From: an uncultured Chlamydiales bacterium
GTDB taxonomy: Bacteria > Chlamydiota > Chlamydiia > Chlamydiales > Rhabdochlamydiaceae
Direction of reading: 5' to 3'
Assembly (NCBI GenBank): GCA_963700985.1
Contig: OY969554.1
Coordinates: 32,001-96,000, forward strand
DNA: 64,000 nucleotides
Of this stretch, positions 26,717-36,990 are shown one piece after another. The number at the start of each line of letters is the position of its first letter. Within the stretch, counting starts at the first letter, position 1. The notes beneath the pieces are model-generated. The model did no database searches. It was given only the letters and a program-made list of their open reading frames with translations, and was not told the origin of the DNA. Both the position numbers and the translations under genes were made by a program.

Positions 26717-27859
26717 CTATTGCTTGTTCAAAGAAGAAGAGATATCCATGAAGCATTCGGGATCGTCGATGGAGATTGTCTGGATCTTTTTGCTGTCTAA
26801 GTTCAGCAGGCTTAAGTCAACGACTTTGATGATCCGGTTTTTGTAAGAGTGAAAGAAATAGCGTCGGCTTTTTAGATCGGCAGCGCTCGTCCATTGTGTT
26901 TCATCATAATGGACTTTTCCGTTTTCCTCATCGCGGATAGCCCCTTTGGGAATATCAAATTGATTCAAGATTTTAAAGGCTCTCTGGACCTCTTCTTGGC
27001 CGATTTTCCCCGGTAAAACTACCTGGTTTAAAAACGTGGCCCGAATGAATCGAGAGGGGGGCGTAAAGTCACCTGGCAAGCCAAGCGCGCCTGAGCCCTG
27101 TCCAAACTGAGCCAGTTCATGGCCATTGATCGTCACCACCGGTTGGTTTAATGCAGCAAGCCCGATGTAATTTCGAGCATTGGTCAGGTGCCAATCATAG
27201 GTGGGAGCATTAGTGATCGTGCCGATCCAGGCGTCATAAATCTTCTGCTTTCCATCTACATATTCGATCACGATTTTATCGCCCGTTTCATCGACCACGA
27301 TGTAGTGGATAGGAGGAATCACGCCCCAATCCGCAAAGATGACGCCCGCCACTTTAGTGTTTTTAAGCGCCTCTTTGACTTCTCGAACGCTAGCGAAATT
27401 TCCTAGTACCCAAGAGATAAAATCTGTGTTGGCAACTGTGTTTGGCAGCTCACTTTGCGTGACTTTTTCATATTGGGTCCAACCTGGAAAGTAAAACCCT
27501 CCACAGGCCAGCCCCTTTTCGTTCACTCCATCGATAAGAATCGGATTGCCTGTGGGGTTGAATCCCACATGCGCATATTTGGTTTTCCACGCAGCGCCCG
27601 TTTGATCTTTGGAGATTTGCGAGGTGTAGGCAATGCCTCTGGGTACAAAGAGCAAGTTGTAAACCAAGATATCTACACCGAACTCCATCGTACGAGCGAA
27701 GACGCAATCTCCGTTTTCAGCTTTACTCACGATACCCGTGCAAGCGTGGATTGAGCTTTGTGTAAAAATTACCAAGCTAGAACAAAGCCACAAAAAGCTT
27801 TCACGTAAACGGCGCTGAATTGACATAGGATACCTCAAGGTGATGATGGTATTAGCCAA
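26717..27859 (-). CDS. Choloylglycine hydrolase / penicillin V acylase family Ntn hydrolase
   Basis: ACTG nucleophile Cys after a signal-like segment; ARTMEF; DGVNEKGL; TNAPTY; GLPGDFTPPSRF. Confidence 0.92.
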   Translation of the reverse strand: MANTIITLRYPMSIQRRLRESFLWLCSSLVIFTQSSIHACTGIVSKAENGDCVFARTMEFGVDILVYNLLFVPRGIAYTSQISKDQTGAAWKTKYAHVGFNPTGNPILIDGVNEKGLACGGFYFPGWTQYEKVTQSELPNTVANTDFISWVLGNFASVREVKEALKNTKVAGVIFADWGVIPPIHYIVVDETGDKIVIEYVDGKQKIYDAWIGTITNAPTYDWHLTNARNYIGLAALNQPVVTINGHELAQFGQGSGALGLPGDFTPPSRFIRATFLNQVVLPGKIGQEEVQRAFKILNQFDIPKGAIRDEENGKVHYDETQWTSAADLKSRRYFFHSYKNRIIKVVDLSLLNLDSKKIQTISIDDPECFMDISSSLNKQ

Positions 27860-28235
27860 TAGAAAATCCGGAATAAGCCAGATAAATTCCTAAGACCAGC
27901 AAGACGCTGAATATGGTCCAGTATCTGCGTTTGAAGAATGAAACAATTCTCTTCTGAATGCTAGTTGGAAAAGCGATTCTGGCGATTCCTCTAAGCAAGA
28001 TGAGATAGCCTATCAGAGTGATGAGCCCGCGCCAGCTACTTTCCCAAATCGGGTGAGCGATTACAATCGCAAGACCGAGTAAAAGAGAAATCGAGCCTGA
28101 GAAAACAAGCAGGCCCTTAGAAGACGCAAAGTCTTTTACGGCCCCTTCGAGTTCACGTCTGCGCAGAAGTAAATCTGCCGCAACAATGAGTAAGTAAAGT
28201 CCGAGCAGTTTTGCCAAAAATATAGATAATACCAT
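27852..28235 (-). CDS. Hypothetical small membrane protein
   Basis: Four TM segments; HPIW..SWRGLITLIGY. Confidence 0.65.
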   Translation of the reverse strand: MVLSIFLAKLLGLYLLIVAADLLLRRRELEGAVKDFASSKGLLVFSGSISLLLGLAIVIAHPIWESSWRGLITLIGYLILLRGIARIAFPTSIQKRIVSFFKRRYWTIFSVLLVLGIYLAYSGFSIG

Positions 28236-28305
28236 GAGATGATCTCCCCTCTGTTTTCTTCTTTCTAAAGTCTTAAACCAATTAAAATACAGTCCTTTAA
28301 CTATC

Positions 28306-29517
28306 TTGATTAAAAATTACTTTGTTGGTTATTTTGTTCGCATGAAATATTTCCTTGTTATTTGCACCTTTTTCCTAGTGTATTCGGAGGCGGCAGTGCC
28401 AACACCCAAGAAAAAGACGATCTGCTTAAACATGATTGTCAAAAATGAGAGTCAGGTGATTGAAAAATGCTTGGCTTCTGTTAAGCCATTGATCGATTAC
28501 TGGGTAATCGTCGATACCGGTTCAAGTGATAATACTCAGCAGATCATCAAAAATTTTCTAAAGGAAATTCCAGGCGAATTGCACGAAAAACCCTGGGTGA
28601 ATTTTGAGCATAATCGCAATGAAGCACTTGTTTTTGCTAAAAACAAAGGCGACTATCTTCTGCTAATCGATGCTGATGAGGTATTGCAATTTTCTAAGGA
28701 TTTTTCTCTGCCTGCTTTGGAGAAAGACCTCTATTTTATTCCTGTGCGTCAAGTTGGTGCCGTAGACGTAAAACGAAATGGGCTGCTTAATAATCATCTC
28801 GATTGGCATTGGAAGGGGATCATTCATGAAGTTGTCTCTTGTGCGCAAGCCAAGAGCACGGAGACACTCAAAGGCGTGGTTAACCTATGCAATACGCATT
28901 TAGATGGTGCATCTGGGCGTTCAAAAGAATCGGAAAAGGTCAAGTACCTTCGAGATGCAGAAGTGCTTGAAAAGGCCCTTAAGGAAGAACCGGATAATAG
29001 CCGCTATGCCTACTACTTAGGCATCAGCTATTCTGCGGCAGAGAAATTTGAGCTTGCGAAGAAGAGCTTTGAAAAGCGTCTCACTATGCCCAGCGCGGAT
29101 ATACAAGAGACTTTTTTTACGCTCTATAATTTGGGTGGAATACAAGAAAAATTAGGAGATCAGGATGCCGCGCTTGAGGCTTTTTTCAAAGCCCATGCGT
29201 TTCGCCCAACACGCGCCGAGCCTCTTGCTAGATGCGCCTCAATCTATCGCAAAAAAGGCAATGTTTTGCTTGGGTATCTTTTGGCGAAACATGCACTCAC
29301 GTTTCCGGTTCCTGCCGAAGATTCCTGCATAGAATATCCAGTTTACGATCACAATATGCTGATCGAATTCGCCAATTGCGCCCTGCTTTTAGGCAAGTTT
29401 CAGGAAGGATATGACGCCTGCAGCAAATTGCTTGCAAACCCCAATTTACCAGCGGAATATAAGACTCAAGTGCAAGCTAATTACGAACTTGCACGCAGTA
29501 AATTGAATATGTATTAA
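28306..29517 (+). CDS. Glycosyltransferase family 2 with C-terminal TPR repeats
   Basis: ICLNMIVKNE, IVDTGSSD, RNEAL, IDADE, GIIHE; TPR-like helices; true start probably MKYFL near 28342. Confidence 0.88.
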   Translation: MIKNYFVGYFVRMKYFLVICTFFLVYSEAAVPTPKKKTICLNMIVKNESQVIEKCLASVKPLIDYWVIVDTGSSDNTQQIIKNFLKEIPGELHEKPWVNFEHNRNEALVFAKNKGDYLLLIDADEVLQFSKDFSLPALEKDLYFIPVRQVGAVDVKRNGLLNNHLDWHWKGIIHEVVSCAQAKSTETLKGVVNLCNTHLDGASGRSKESEKVKYLRDAEVLEKALKEEPDNSRYAYYLGISYSAAEKFELAKKSFEKRLTMPSADIQETFFTLYNLGGIQEKLGDQDAALEAFFKAHAFRPTRAEPLARCASIYRKKGNVLLGYLLAKHALTFPVPAEDSCIEYPVYDHNMLIEFANCALLLGKFQEGYDACSKLLANPNLPAEYKTQVQANYELARSKLNMY

Positions 29518-30536
29518 CGCAGCTTAATGTTGAGCGCGCGCAACAGAGCAAGAACGCTTGAAGGGCGAAATCGTTTTTTTGGAAAAAGTAAGTAAGAAGA
29601 TTTCAAATCTGGCTGGAATTTTTCCCAAAATATCTCATGACCATCGAGGCGGCAGACTTTTTTAATTGCTTTATAGGCCAATTCTGCAAGCCGGGTAATG
29701 ATTTTGCCGAGGCCAATAATCTTTCCAAGCTCTTTGGCAGGAACAGGCCCAATCAAGACAACCCGACACTCTTCTTTTTCTAATTTTTCCAGCGCTGCTA
29801 CCACCAGATGCTCAGAAACCCCGGAAGGCGCATCCTTAGAAATCATGACGTTATTTAACAGCCAGCCTTGCTGGGATTGAAGTTTGTTTAATAAAGCAAA
29901 TCCAATGATTTTCCCTTCCTGTTTGGCATAGAACCAGCGTTTTCCTAAGCGATCTGCAAACAGACTTGGCTCAGCTAAGTAAACTTGTATGCCTTTTCTC
30001 GCTTGAATCCAAGCAGTCGCTACTTGTTGTATCGACTCTTCTATCTGAAGATCTCCACCGGTATATTCCGAAATTTCCACGCCGTTGCGTGAAGATTGCC
30101 TAATTTTTTTGCGCACAAGCGAAGTTTGAGCAGCTAAATGCTTAATAGGATCGAGGACGAATTTTCTTCCAAATTCGATTAGTGAAAATGGAAGATGCTC
30201 GATCAGTAAATGTGCAAATTCTTCAGAAACAATGATGTATATTGCATGCATATTTCGGCTTGAGCAGTAGCTCTCAAACTCTTTGGCAAGAGCAACTTTA
30301 TCCGCAGGCGCACATACAGGATCTCCATAGACAACAGCGTTTCCAAGCTCAATGCGAAAGCCTATAACACCCTCAATGTGAGGAACAGAAAAGTGCTGAG
30401 TTGTTTTGTCTAAAATGCCATCCGTGTTCACTTCTGCCCATTTGCGCACAAGTTCCACTATGTGCAGTCGTTCTGAGGAAGCCTCAATCGTATTTTGTTG
30501 ATTCATCATTTTTGGCAATTTTGGTGAGGAAAACAA
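29514..30536 (-). CDS. Stand-alone aminoacyl-phosphatidylglycerol synthase catalytic domain (MprF C-terminal/DUF2156-like)
   Basis: VVYGDPVC, dual GNAT-like fold, DAPSGVSEHL, EKFQP; no TM flippase domain. Confidence 0.75.
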   Translation of the reverse strand: MFSSPKLPKMMNQQNTIEASSERLHIVELVRKWAEVNTDGILDKTTQHFSVPHIEGVIGFRIELGNAVVYGDPVCAPADKVALAKEFESYCSSRNMHAIYIIVSEEFAHLLIEHLPFSLIEFGRKFVLDPIKHLAAQTSLVRKKIRQSSRNGVEISEYTGGDLQIEESIQQVATAWIQARKGIQVYLAEPSLFADRLGKRWFYAKQEGKIIGFALLNKLQSQQGWLLNNVMISKDAPSGVSEHLVVAALEKLEKEECRVVLIGPVPAKELGKIIGLGKIITRLAELAYKAIKKVCRLDGHEIFWEKFQPDLKSSYLLFPKKRFRPSSVLALLRALNIKLR

Positions 30537-30606
30537 CGTTTAACAAATTTGCAATTATCTAGTCAAATAAGCATTTGTTTAAAAAAAAGAAGCGTAGCGA
30601 TGCGCT

Positions 30607-32235
30607 TTACTCATCGCCAAAAGTGAAGACATAGGCCTTCACGCCTTTTGGCACTTTTAGGGATAATTGATGACGTGAGTAAGTCGTGCTCACGATGTTA
30701 TATTTTTTATCTCCGTCAACAGTGATAGCGCCAGAGGTTTTGCCATCTAAAGTAATCTCAAGTGGTGTCGAGCTTGAGCCACCCAAAACAAGATAGACGC
30801 GTGTGGCGAGGAAATTCAGATCTAATAGGCTGTCGTCACTTTCAGCTGTGATATACTCTTGTTCTGTCTTCCAAAGACCTTTGAGCCCAACTTGATCGTC
30901 TTCCAGAGGTCCTGTGTATTGATAGTTAGTGATTTGGTGGGGGATTATATCCATTTTATAGCTATGACCTCTGGCTAGGCCTAAATATGTTTCAGACGAT
31001 ATTGGCTGGCCTATTTTTTCGGACTCCTTTATTTCCAAAAGGGGCATGCCTAAGAGATCTCTAATGGCATTTTCGGTTTCTGCATAACCTCCCTCGCCAA
31101 AATGAGTCATTCTAAGCACACCATTTTGATCGATCAAGTAGTGAGCTGGCCAATATTGATTATGGTAGGCATTCCATGTGGCATAGTTGTTATCAAGCGC
31201 AACGGGATATGTAATCTCAAATTGTGCAACAGCTTTTTTTACATTGTCGTAATTTTTTTCGAATTCAAACTCAGGTGTATGTACGCCAATAATGACAAAA
31301 CCCTGATCTTTGTAATCGCGGTACCAATTTTTCAAATAAGGTAGCGTTCTTATGCAGTTGATGCAGCTGTAGGTCCAAAAATCGATTAAAACAACTTTTC
31401 CTCGCAATGCTGATAAAGTGAGAGGAGGAGAGTTTATCCACTGAGTAATTCCAGTGATCTCGGGGGCTGGACCATTGTCGGGCAATTTTTCATTCGTATT
31501 AACCAATTTTAGAGCCTTCTCAATTTTGAAGTTTTTCTCGGAAAATAACTCCGGAAAAACACGCGACAATTTCTCGTTGATCAGCATATCCCAGTTGAAT
31601 AGCAATATAAGCGCAAAAAGGAGCATTAAAAGCCCAAAAAACTGACGAATGCGTTCAGTGTAACGAGATAGGAACTGAGAAGATCTAAGCAGTTTTGCAC
31701 TGCCATAAGCATATAGAAGCATTAGACTTCCAGCTCCTATGCTGTAGGAAATCGTCATTAAGACAGCTGTTAAATTTAGTGCTCCAGAAGCTGCCAGAGC
31801 TGTAATGGCTCCTAGAATAGGACCTGCGCAAGGTGTCCAGAGGAGGCCGAGCGCTGCTCCGAAAACAATCCCGCCCCAAAAACCATGGCGTGGTTTTGTG
31901 CCCTGAATTTTCTGACCAAGATTTGCTATTGGACTGGCAATTTTTGCAAACCAGTTAGAAAGACCCGGGAAGATCATGATTAGGCCAAAGAAGAAAATCA
32001 GCCCAATAGCCACGTAACGCAGAATAGTCGGAGAGACACCGGTCACATGAACCAGCCAAGAAAGAGCCAAAGTAAAGAACGAAAAACTGCAGATAAGCCC
32101 GAGAATTGTGCCCAAAGGACGCAGACGCCCCTCAGCAATACCGGCGGTTAAAATCGCAGGTAGCACAGGTAAAATACAGGGAGAAAGCGCTGTAAAAATT
32201 CCCGCTAGAAAAGAAAATCCGAGCAAAAACAGCAT
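30607..32235 (-). CDS. dipZ: Cytochrome c biogenesis protein DipZ (CcdA/DsbD TM + thioredoxin)
   Basis: SPCILPVLP, WTPCAGPIL, DFWTYSCINC, GVHTPEF, YWPAHY, C-terminal FTFG. Confidence 0.92.
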   Translation of the reverse strand: MLFLLGFSFLAGIFTALSPCILPVLPAILTAGIAEGRLRPLGTILGLICSFSFFTLALSWLVHVTGVSPTILRYVAIGLIFFFGLIMIFPGLSNWFAKIASPIANLGQKIQGTKPRHGFWGGIVFGAALGLLWTPCAGPILGAITALAASGALNLTAVLMTISYSIGAGSLMLLYAYGSAKLLRSSQFLSRYTERIRQFFGLLMLLFALILLFNWDMLINEKLSRVFPELFSEKNFKIEKALKLVNTNEKLPDNGPAPEITGITQWINSPPLTLSALRGKVVLIDFWTYSCINCIRTLPYLKNWYRDYKDQGFVIIGVHTPEFEFEKNYDNVKKAVAQFEITYPVALDNNYATWNAYHNQYWPAHYLIDQNGVLRMTHFGEGGYAETENAIRDLLGMPLLEIKESEKIGQPISSETYLGLARGHSYKMDIIPHQITNYQYTGPLEDDQVGLKGLWKTEQEYITAESDDSLLDLNFLATRVYLVLGGSSSTPLEITLDGKTSGAITVDGDKKYNIVSTTYSRHQLSLKVPKGVKAYVFTFGDE

Positions 32236-32373
32236 AAGCTCCGTGTGTATCTCTTTTCTTGATAATCAGATTGAAATGCTTTGTAAAGTTATTTAAGAAG
32301 AGGAATGGACAAATCGATAGGTCTCTCATATGATGAGCCTATAAATTTAACAGCTTTCAAGAGAGAGGGTTCT

Positions 32374-32853
32374 ATGGGTCAGCGCGTCAATTATTTTAAG
32401 CAGTCTCAAGAGCTAGCAAACAAGCTTTTAGAGTTAAGCCAGACCTTAACTACTAGCAGCTTGGGGCCAACTCTTCTAGATCTCATTAATATCCGCGCAT
32501 CGCTTTTGAATGGCTGCGCATTTTGTGTCGATATGCACGTTAAAGAAGCAAAGATTCATGGCGAACGTGAACTTCGCATCTACCACATTCCAATCTGGCG
32601 TGAATCAACACTCTTTTCTGCGAAAGAACGCGCGCTTTTGGAATGGACCGAAGCCGTTACCAAACTGCCTGAGCATGGCATCCCGGATGAAATATTCCAG
32701 CGCGTGCGCGGCCAGCTTTCAGAAAAAGAGATCTCTGATGCCACAATTGCAATTGGCGTTATCAATCTTTGGAACCGCCTAGGCATCAGCTTTACGAGTG
32801 TTCCAGGCTCCTTCGATGCCACCCTTGGCTTAAGCAAAGCTGGCCTGAATTAA
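32374..32853 (+). CDS. Carboxymuconolactone decarboxylase / AhpD family protein
   Basis: RASLLNGCAFCVDMH, WRES..F, INLWNR. Confidence 0.9.
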   Translation: MGQRVNYFKQSQELANKLLELSQTLTTSSLGPTLLDLINIRASLLNGCAFCVDMHVKEAKIHGERELRIYHIPIWRESTLFSAKERALLEWTEAVTKLPEHGIPDEIFQRVRGQLSEKEISDATIAIGVINLWNRLGISFTSVPGSFDATLGLSKAGLN

Positions 32854-32887
32854 TAGCCTAGGATGTGATTTCGCTTTTGAACTAAAA

Positions 32888-33388
32888 CTAGCGGGCACCT
32901 TCATAGCTATTGAAGACTTCATTGATTTCTGTGATCAAAAGTTCATCGTTGCAACGCAAGATCACGAGAGTATTCCAAATGCCTGCTTTTTCTGTGTGAA
33001 CAAGAAAACGCACAACGACAGTTCGACCATCTTCTCCTGGAATAACATCCAGTGATTCCATGCTCCAAAATCCCACCTTTTCGCCGGTGGATAATAGCTG
33101 TGATACAAAATGCTCAGATCCTTGGTACCAGACAGCTCCATTCACAATTTTTTTGCAGTCCGGTGTACAGAGTGAAGAAACATCTTTTTCATGCGAACGA
33201 TTTTGGTTAGCTCCAATACGATTTAAAAGAGCGATGTAATTTTCACCAACACTAGCTAACGTTCTCATTTTCTCTTCCTCGGTTTTTACATGTTGAATAT
33301 TGATCGCTTCTGAAGGAGATATGCTCCTTGTCTCGGCATGGAGAAGAGCTGAAAGAAATATACAAGAATGAACTAGGACAAACTTCAT
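32888..33388 (-). CDS. Hypothetical secreted protein, possibly NTF2-like fold
   Basis: Signal peptide; CKKIVNG; C-terminal ITEINEV strand. Confidence 0.55.
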   Translation of the reverse strand: MKFVLVHSCIFLSALLHAETRSISPSEAINIQHVKTEEEKMRTLASVGENYIALLNRIGANQNRSHEKDVSSLCTPDCKKIVNGAVWYQGSEHFVSQLLSTGEKVGFWSMESLDVIPGEDGRTVVVRFLVHTEKAGIWNTLVILRCNDELLITEINEVFNSYEGAR

Positions 33389-33547
33389 AAAGCACCCAAT
33401 TTTAATGAAAACGAAATTATAGGAAAAATAAGCTTCAAGGGAAATGTAAAATTGCGATTGCTAAGAGCTTTTCGATGCGGACAAAATTCTAAGATTTACT
33501 AGAATAGATCAAAAAATTCTTTTCTCTCTTCAGTCCATTGCGTCCAC

Positions 33548-34603
33548 TTAGTCCATTTCTCTATTCATAGGCACACAGCGGAAAATGCTCGTATCGCTCG
33601 AGTTGATGGTGATCAACGCAGGGGGCGGAGTGGATGGAATAGTGAACCGATACTTGATGATTCCGTAGAAGCCAGATGCAGGTGGGGGAGGAGACTCACA
33701 AACTGGATATAGAGTTTCATCATGCTGCAGATTAGAAGAGGGGAAGATAGGTGGCGGTGTATTGGGGCCGCCTGGGCTTCTATATTCATACAGGTAATAA
33801 TCACCTGGGGTCAATCCTTCAATGGCAGGCGTTAGATGTGTAATGGCTGAGTAATGGTTGGTAGGATCAACTCCAACGAGGTCAGGCTCGCCACTCTGAT
33901 CTGCCGTGACGCTTACCGCATAGGAAGCAGGATTTTTACATCCTGTGATCGCAAATCCATAGCATTGACCCGTATTGGAAATCGCATAAGGAAAGTCTGA
34001 GTTATCAGCAGGGCTATCCTTGGCGAGATGATCACTGCCTGGCGGATCAAACGTTCTATCTTTGGTAAATTCGCTGATGGGAATAACAAACGTATCTACG
34101 GGTGTGCTGCCATCGGGAGTATAAAGGCCATGATCTTGTATGGTGATATTGGTCTCATCAATGGTCGTGACGGTCACGATATGGTCATACTGCGGATCGG
34201 GTTTTCCAGCATCAGAGCCAAAAAGGCTATGGTTTTCATAGACGCCGATAATTGCCGGATGTCCTGCATTAATTTCGCTGCGTATCCAAGCGATAAATGC
34301 GCTTCCATTGCTGATAGCGCTCTTTGAGGGAAGCTCGGCTATTAAGCCAAATTCTGAAGCTAATGTACTGTCGGACGCATCATCATTGAGCAGAATCTGA
34401 TTATCTTGTGCATCTTGTGAAAATTGGTTCGCGATTTCTCTGGCCGTGTATTGGGACATATATTGACCTTGCGTCATGCCCGTAACGATTAGCGAAGTTT
34501 CGCCGCAATAGCCATTGTTGTCGTTCCACTGATGTCGAACCGGAATCGAGATTATTTCCTGAGCTGAGTTGATGTAGTGATGATGAGCGTAAGGAATTTC
34601 CAT
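33548..34603 (-). CDS. Papain-fold (C39-like) cysteine peptidase domain protein
   Basis: Q-W..NGYCGETS (Gln/Cys), YDHIVTV (His), IQD (Asp); GHPAIIGV. Confidence 0.6.
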   Translation of the reverse strand: MEIPYAHHHYINSAQEIISIPVRHQWNDNNGYCGETSLIVTGMTQGQYMSQYTAREIANQFSQDAQDNQILLNDDASDSTLASEFGLIAELPSKSAISNGSAFIAWIRSEINAGHPAIIGVYENHSLFGSDAGKPDPQYDHIVTVTTIDETNITIQDHGLYTPDGSTPVDTFVIPISEFTKDRTFDPPGSDHLAKDSPADNSDFPYAISNTGQCYGFAITGCKNPASYAVSVTADQSGEPDLVGVDPTNHYSAITHLTPAIEGLTPGDYYLYEYRSPGGPNTPPPIFPSSNLQHDETLYPVCESPPPPASGFYGIIKYRFTIPSTPPPALITINSSDTSIFRCVPMNREMD

Positions 34604-34640
34604 AGACGCATTTTATATATGCAAAGTAAATTAAAGTCTA

Positions 34641-34681
34641 TTTTTGAGAGCGTGCGATTTGTCGATGCCCTAAAAATCATC
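34641..34681 (+). repeat. Internally deleted REP-like arm
   Basis: ttttgagagcgtgcgatttgtcgatgccctaaaaatcatc matches 52546-52613 with the segment between the two GACTTGTC cores deleted. Confidence 0.65.
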
Positions 34682-34730
34682 GTGCAAGATAACGGGGTCT
34701 TTAGAACATTCAGGCAAGTTTTTAAATAGG

Positions 34731-35552
34731 ATGTGCATGTTTACTCAATTTAATTTGTTCTTGTTAACTTTGCTTTCTGTATTACTTATTAATCCCTGTA
34801 GGGTCACGGCTGAAAATAGCGAAAACCTTACAACAAGAGATTTAACGCAAACAGCTTTGTTTGCGAGTTTGGGCTCTGCATGCACGCCAGCTACTTTAAC
34901 TAAGCTTTGTGGTATCAGAACTGCTTCATTTCCATTTGATTGGATTGTATCTATGGATGGAGAGAAGTTTATAGAAATGCTAGAAGATGATTTTTTGCAT
35001 TTTTTTAATATGGAACATCTGGTTCGCGATGATAACTTCCGTCAGAATATCTACAATACTCCAGCTCATGGTAACGTTCTTTTGAACACTTATTATCACT
35101 TGGAATTTCTTCATGAGGTGGGAAGCTGGAAGACACAATTTTTCTCCACTTTTCAAACTTTTAGAAATAGATATGAAAGAAGAATTGCTAGATTCAGGAA
35201 TCTAAAGAATTTTCCTGGAAAAGTTTTTTTTATGAGATCTTCCTATCCTACTTCAGATCCTCATCGTTTCTTTAGATTTAAAGAGAATAATGAAATCAAT
35301 GAAGAAAATGCAGTGCGATTTTATATGACACTTAAAAAATATTTTCCAGATTTGGATTTCACCTTAATTATTATAAATTATCACGAAAATGAAAAAGAAT
35401 ATGTTGCTCAAAGAGTGTTAAGCGACAACTTGCTCATGATTAATATTCCACTAAGAAATGATCCTTACATGATAAAAATATACAGGGATTATTTTTTGGG
35501 ATTAATGGGTGAAAGGTCACTTTTACCAAATGAGGCTCTTGATCTTTACTGA
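34731..35552 (+). CDS. DUF1796 family putative papain-like cysteine peptidase
   Basis: SLGSAC, FPFDW, FLHE, RYERRIARF; visibly AT-rich. Confidence 0.8.
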   Translation: MCMFTQFNLFLLTLLSVLLINPCRVTAENSENLTTRDLTQTALFASLGSACTPATLTKLCGIRTASFPFDWIVSMDGEKFIEMLEDDFLHFFNMEHLVRDDNFRQNIYNTPAHGNVLLNTYYHLEFLHEVGSWKTQFFSTFQTFRNRYERRIARFRNLKNFPGKVFFMRSSYPTSDPHRFFRFKENNEINEENAVRFYMTLKKYFPDLDFTLIIINYHENEKEYVAQRVLSDNLLMINIPLRNDPYMIKIYRDYFLGLMGERSLLPNEALDLY

Positions 35553-35553
35553 C

Positions 35554-35592
35554 TTTTGAGTGCGCGCGACTTGTCACCGCTTTCATCTAGAC
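35554..35592 (+). repeat. Partial REP-like arm
   Basis: ttttgagtgcgcgcgacttgtcaccgctttc..tagac. Confidence 0.65.
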
Positions 35593-35598
35593 GCTCTC

Positions 35599-36990
35599 TT
35601 AACGTTTACACTTTTGAGAAACTGTTACTGCAACGGGATTAGATGTAATTCCTGCCGCATTTGTTCCTACGATGTAATAGGTATAGATGATGTTTGATCT
35701 TCGGTTATTATCAAAAAACACTAATGGTTGCGTAGCCTCTACGGTGCCTACTAAATCGGTCAATTCTTCATCGCGGTACACTGAATAAGTTACAGGCTGC
35801 GATGCTCCTGAAACTGCCCAAGTTAATTTGTTGATCAGATCTTTTTGAGTCAAAAACTTGGTTTTGGTTTTGCATCCATTGGCCACGATCTGAAAGGTCT
35901 GTAGGGGTATGACACTCACGGTGTTGGAGGTGTAGTTAGTAACATACGCATATGCACCATCAGGTGAGATGGCAATTGCATCGGGTGACAGCCCAACATC
36001 GATAGTTGGAGAAATGACCTGATTTGTCTTGGTGTCAATGATGTTAACTGTGCCAGGTCCAGCTGTTAAAGCATTGAAGTTAGGTGCAAGATAAAGCGTA
36101 TTATAGTTAGAGACATACACTAAAGAACCATCGGGTGTGATCGCAACCCCAGCTGGCTGTATCCCTAGATTGATTGTTGCAATAACTGTATTAGTATGCA
36201 AATTGACGACGCTTACGGTGTTGCCTGTGGGCGAGAAGTTGTTGCTTCCAAAATTAGTTACATAGGCATAGTTGCCGTTTGGAGTTATTGCAATTCCAAA
36301 TGGCCCAGAAAATCCGGGGATAGTATCGACGACGGTGTTATTACTAGTTTGGATGACGCTTATTGTACCCGTACCGGGATTGCCATCGACATAATTAGCC
36401 ACATAGACAAATGCGCCATCGGGTGTGATTGCCATTGCAGCTGGAGCTAGACCTACGGTAATTGGCGAACCAACAATAGCATTCGTTAAAAGATCGACCG
36501 TTCTCAATGTTGTTCCATTGCCACTTCCAACGCCGCCAGGGCCACCATAATTATTTACATAAGCCTCACTCCCATCAGGAGTGATAACTAAACCTGATGG
36601 ACCATCAAAACCGCCAATCACGGCTGAAACCGTATTCGTTGTGGTATCTATAACAGTCACGGTTGTGCTGTTACTATTGGTTACGTACGCCTTTGTTCCT
36701 GCAGCATTAATCGTCACTGTATAGGGTTCATTAAAGCTGGCGTCAGTGATGGTTGTTTCTACAGTGTCATTTGTTAGGTTCAATACACTTACGGTATCTG
36801 CACCTGCAATAGAATAATTGTTGTTGTTTGCAACGTAAGCAAAAAGACTGTTAGGAGTTACAGCAATTCCAGCCGGAGTCACCCCTACATCGATAGTCGC
36901 AGAAACCGTGTTAGCTTCAACGGCATCTAAAATGCTCGAGCAGAAAAATAAAAAACTTGCCAAACAGACTGTTAATTTTATCATCATCAT
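35599..36990 (-). CDS. YVTN/YncE beta-propeller repeat secreted protein with C-terminal FN3-like domain
   Basis: Seven P.GIA.TP.G..AYV.N repeats; NKLTW..YSVYRD..YTYYIVG. Confidence 0.88.
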   Translation of the reverse strand: MMMIKLTVCLASFLFFCSSILDAVEANTVSATIDVGVTPAGIAVTPNSLFAYVANNNNYSIAGADTVSVLNLTNDTVETTITDASFNEPYTVTINAAGTKAYVTNSNSTTVTVIDTTTNTVSAVIGGFDGPSGLVITPDGSEAYVNNYGGPGGVGSGNGTTLRTVDLLTNAIVGSPITVGLAPAAMAITPDGAFVYVANYVDGNPGTGTISVIQTSNNTVVDTIPGFSGPFGIAITPNGNYAYVTNFGSNNFSPTGNTVSVVNLHTNTVIATINLGIQPAGVAITPDGSLVYVSNYNTLYLAPNFNALTAGPGTVNIIDTKTNQVISPTIDVGLSPDAIAISPDGAYAYVTNYTSNTVSVIPLQTFQIVANGCKTKTKFLTQKDLINKLTWAVSGASQPVTYSVYRDEELTDLVGTVEATQPLVFFDNNRRSNIIYTYYIVGTNAAGITSNPVAVTVSQKCKR

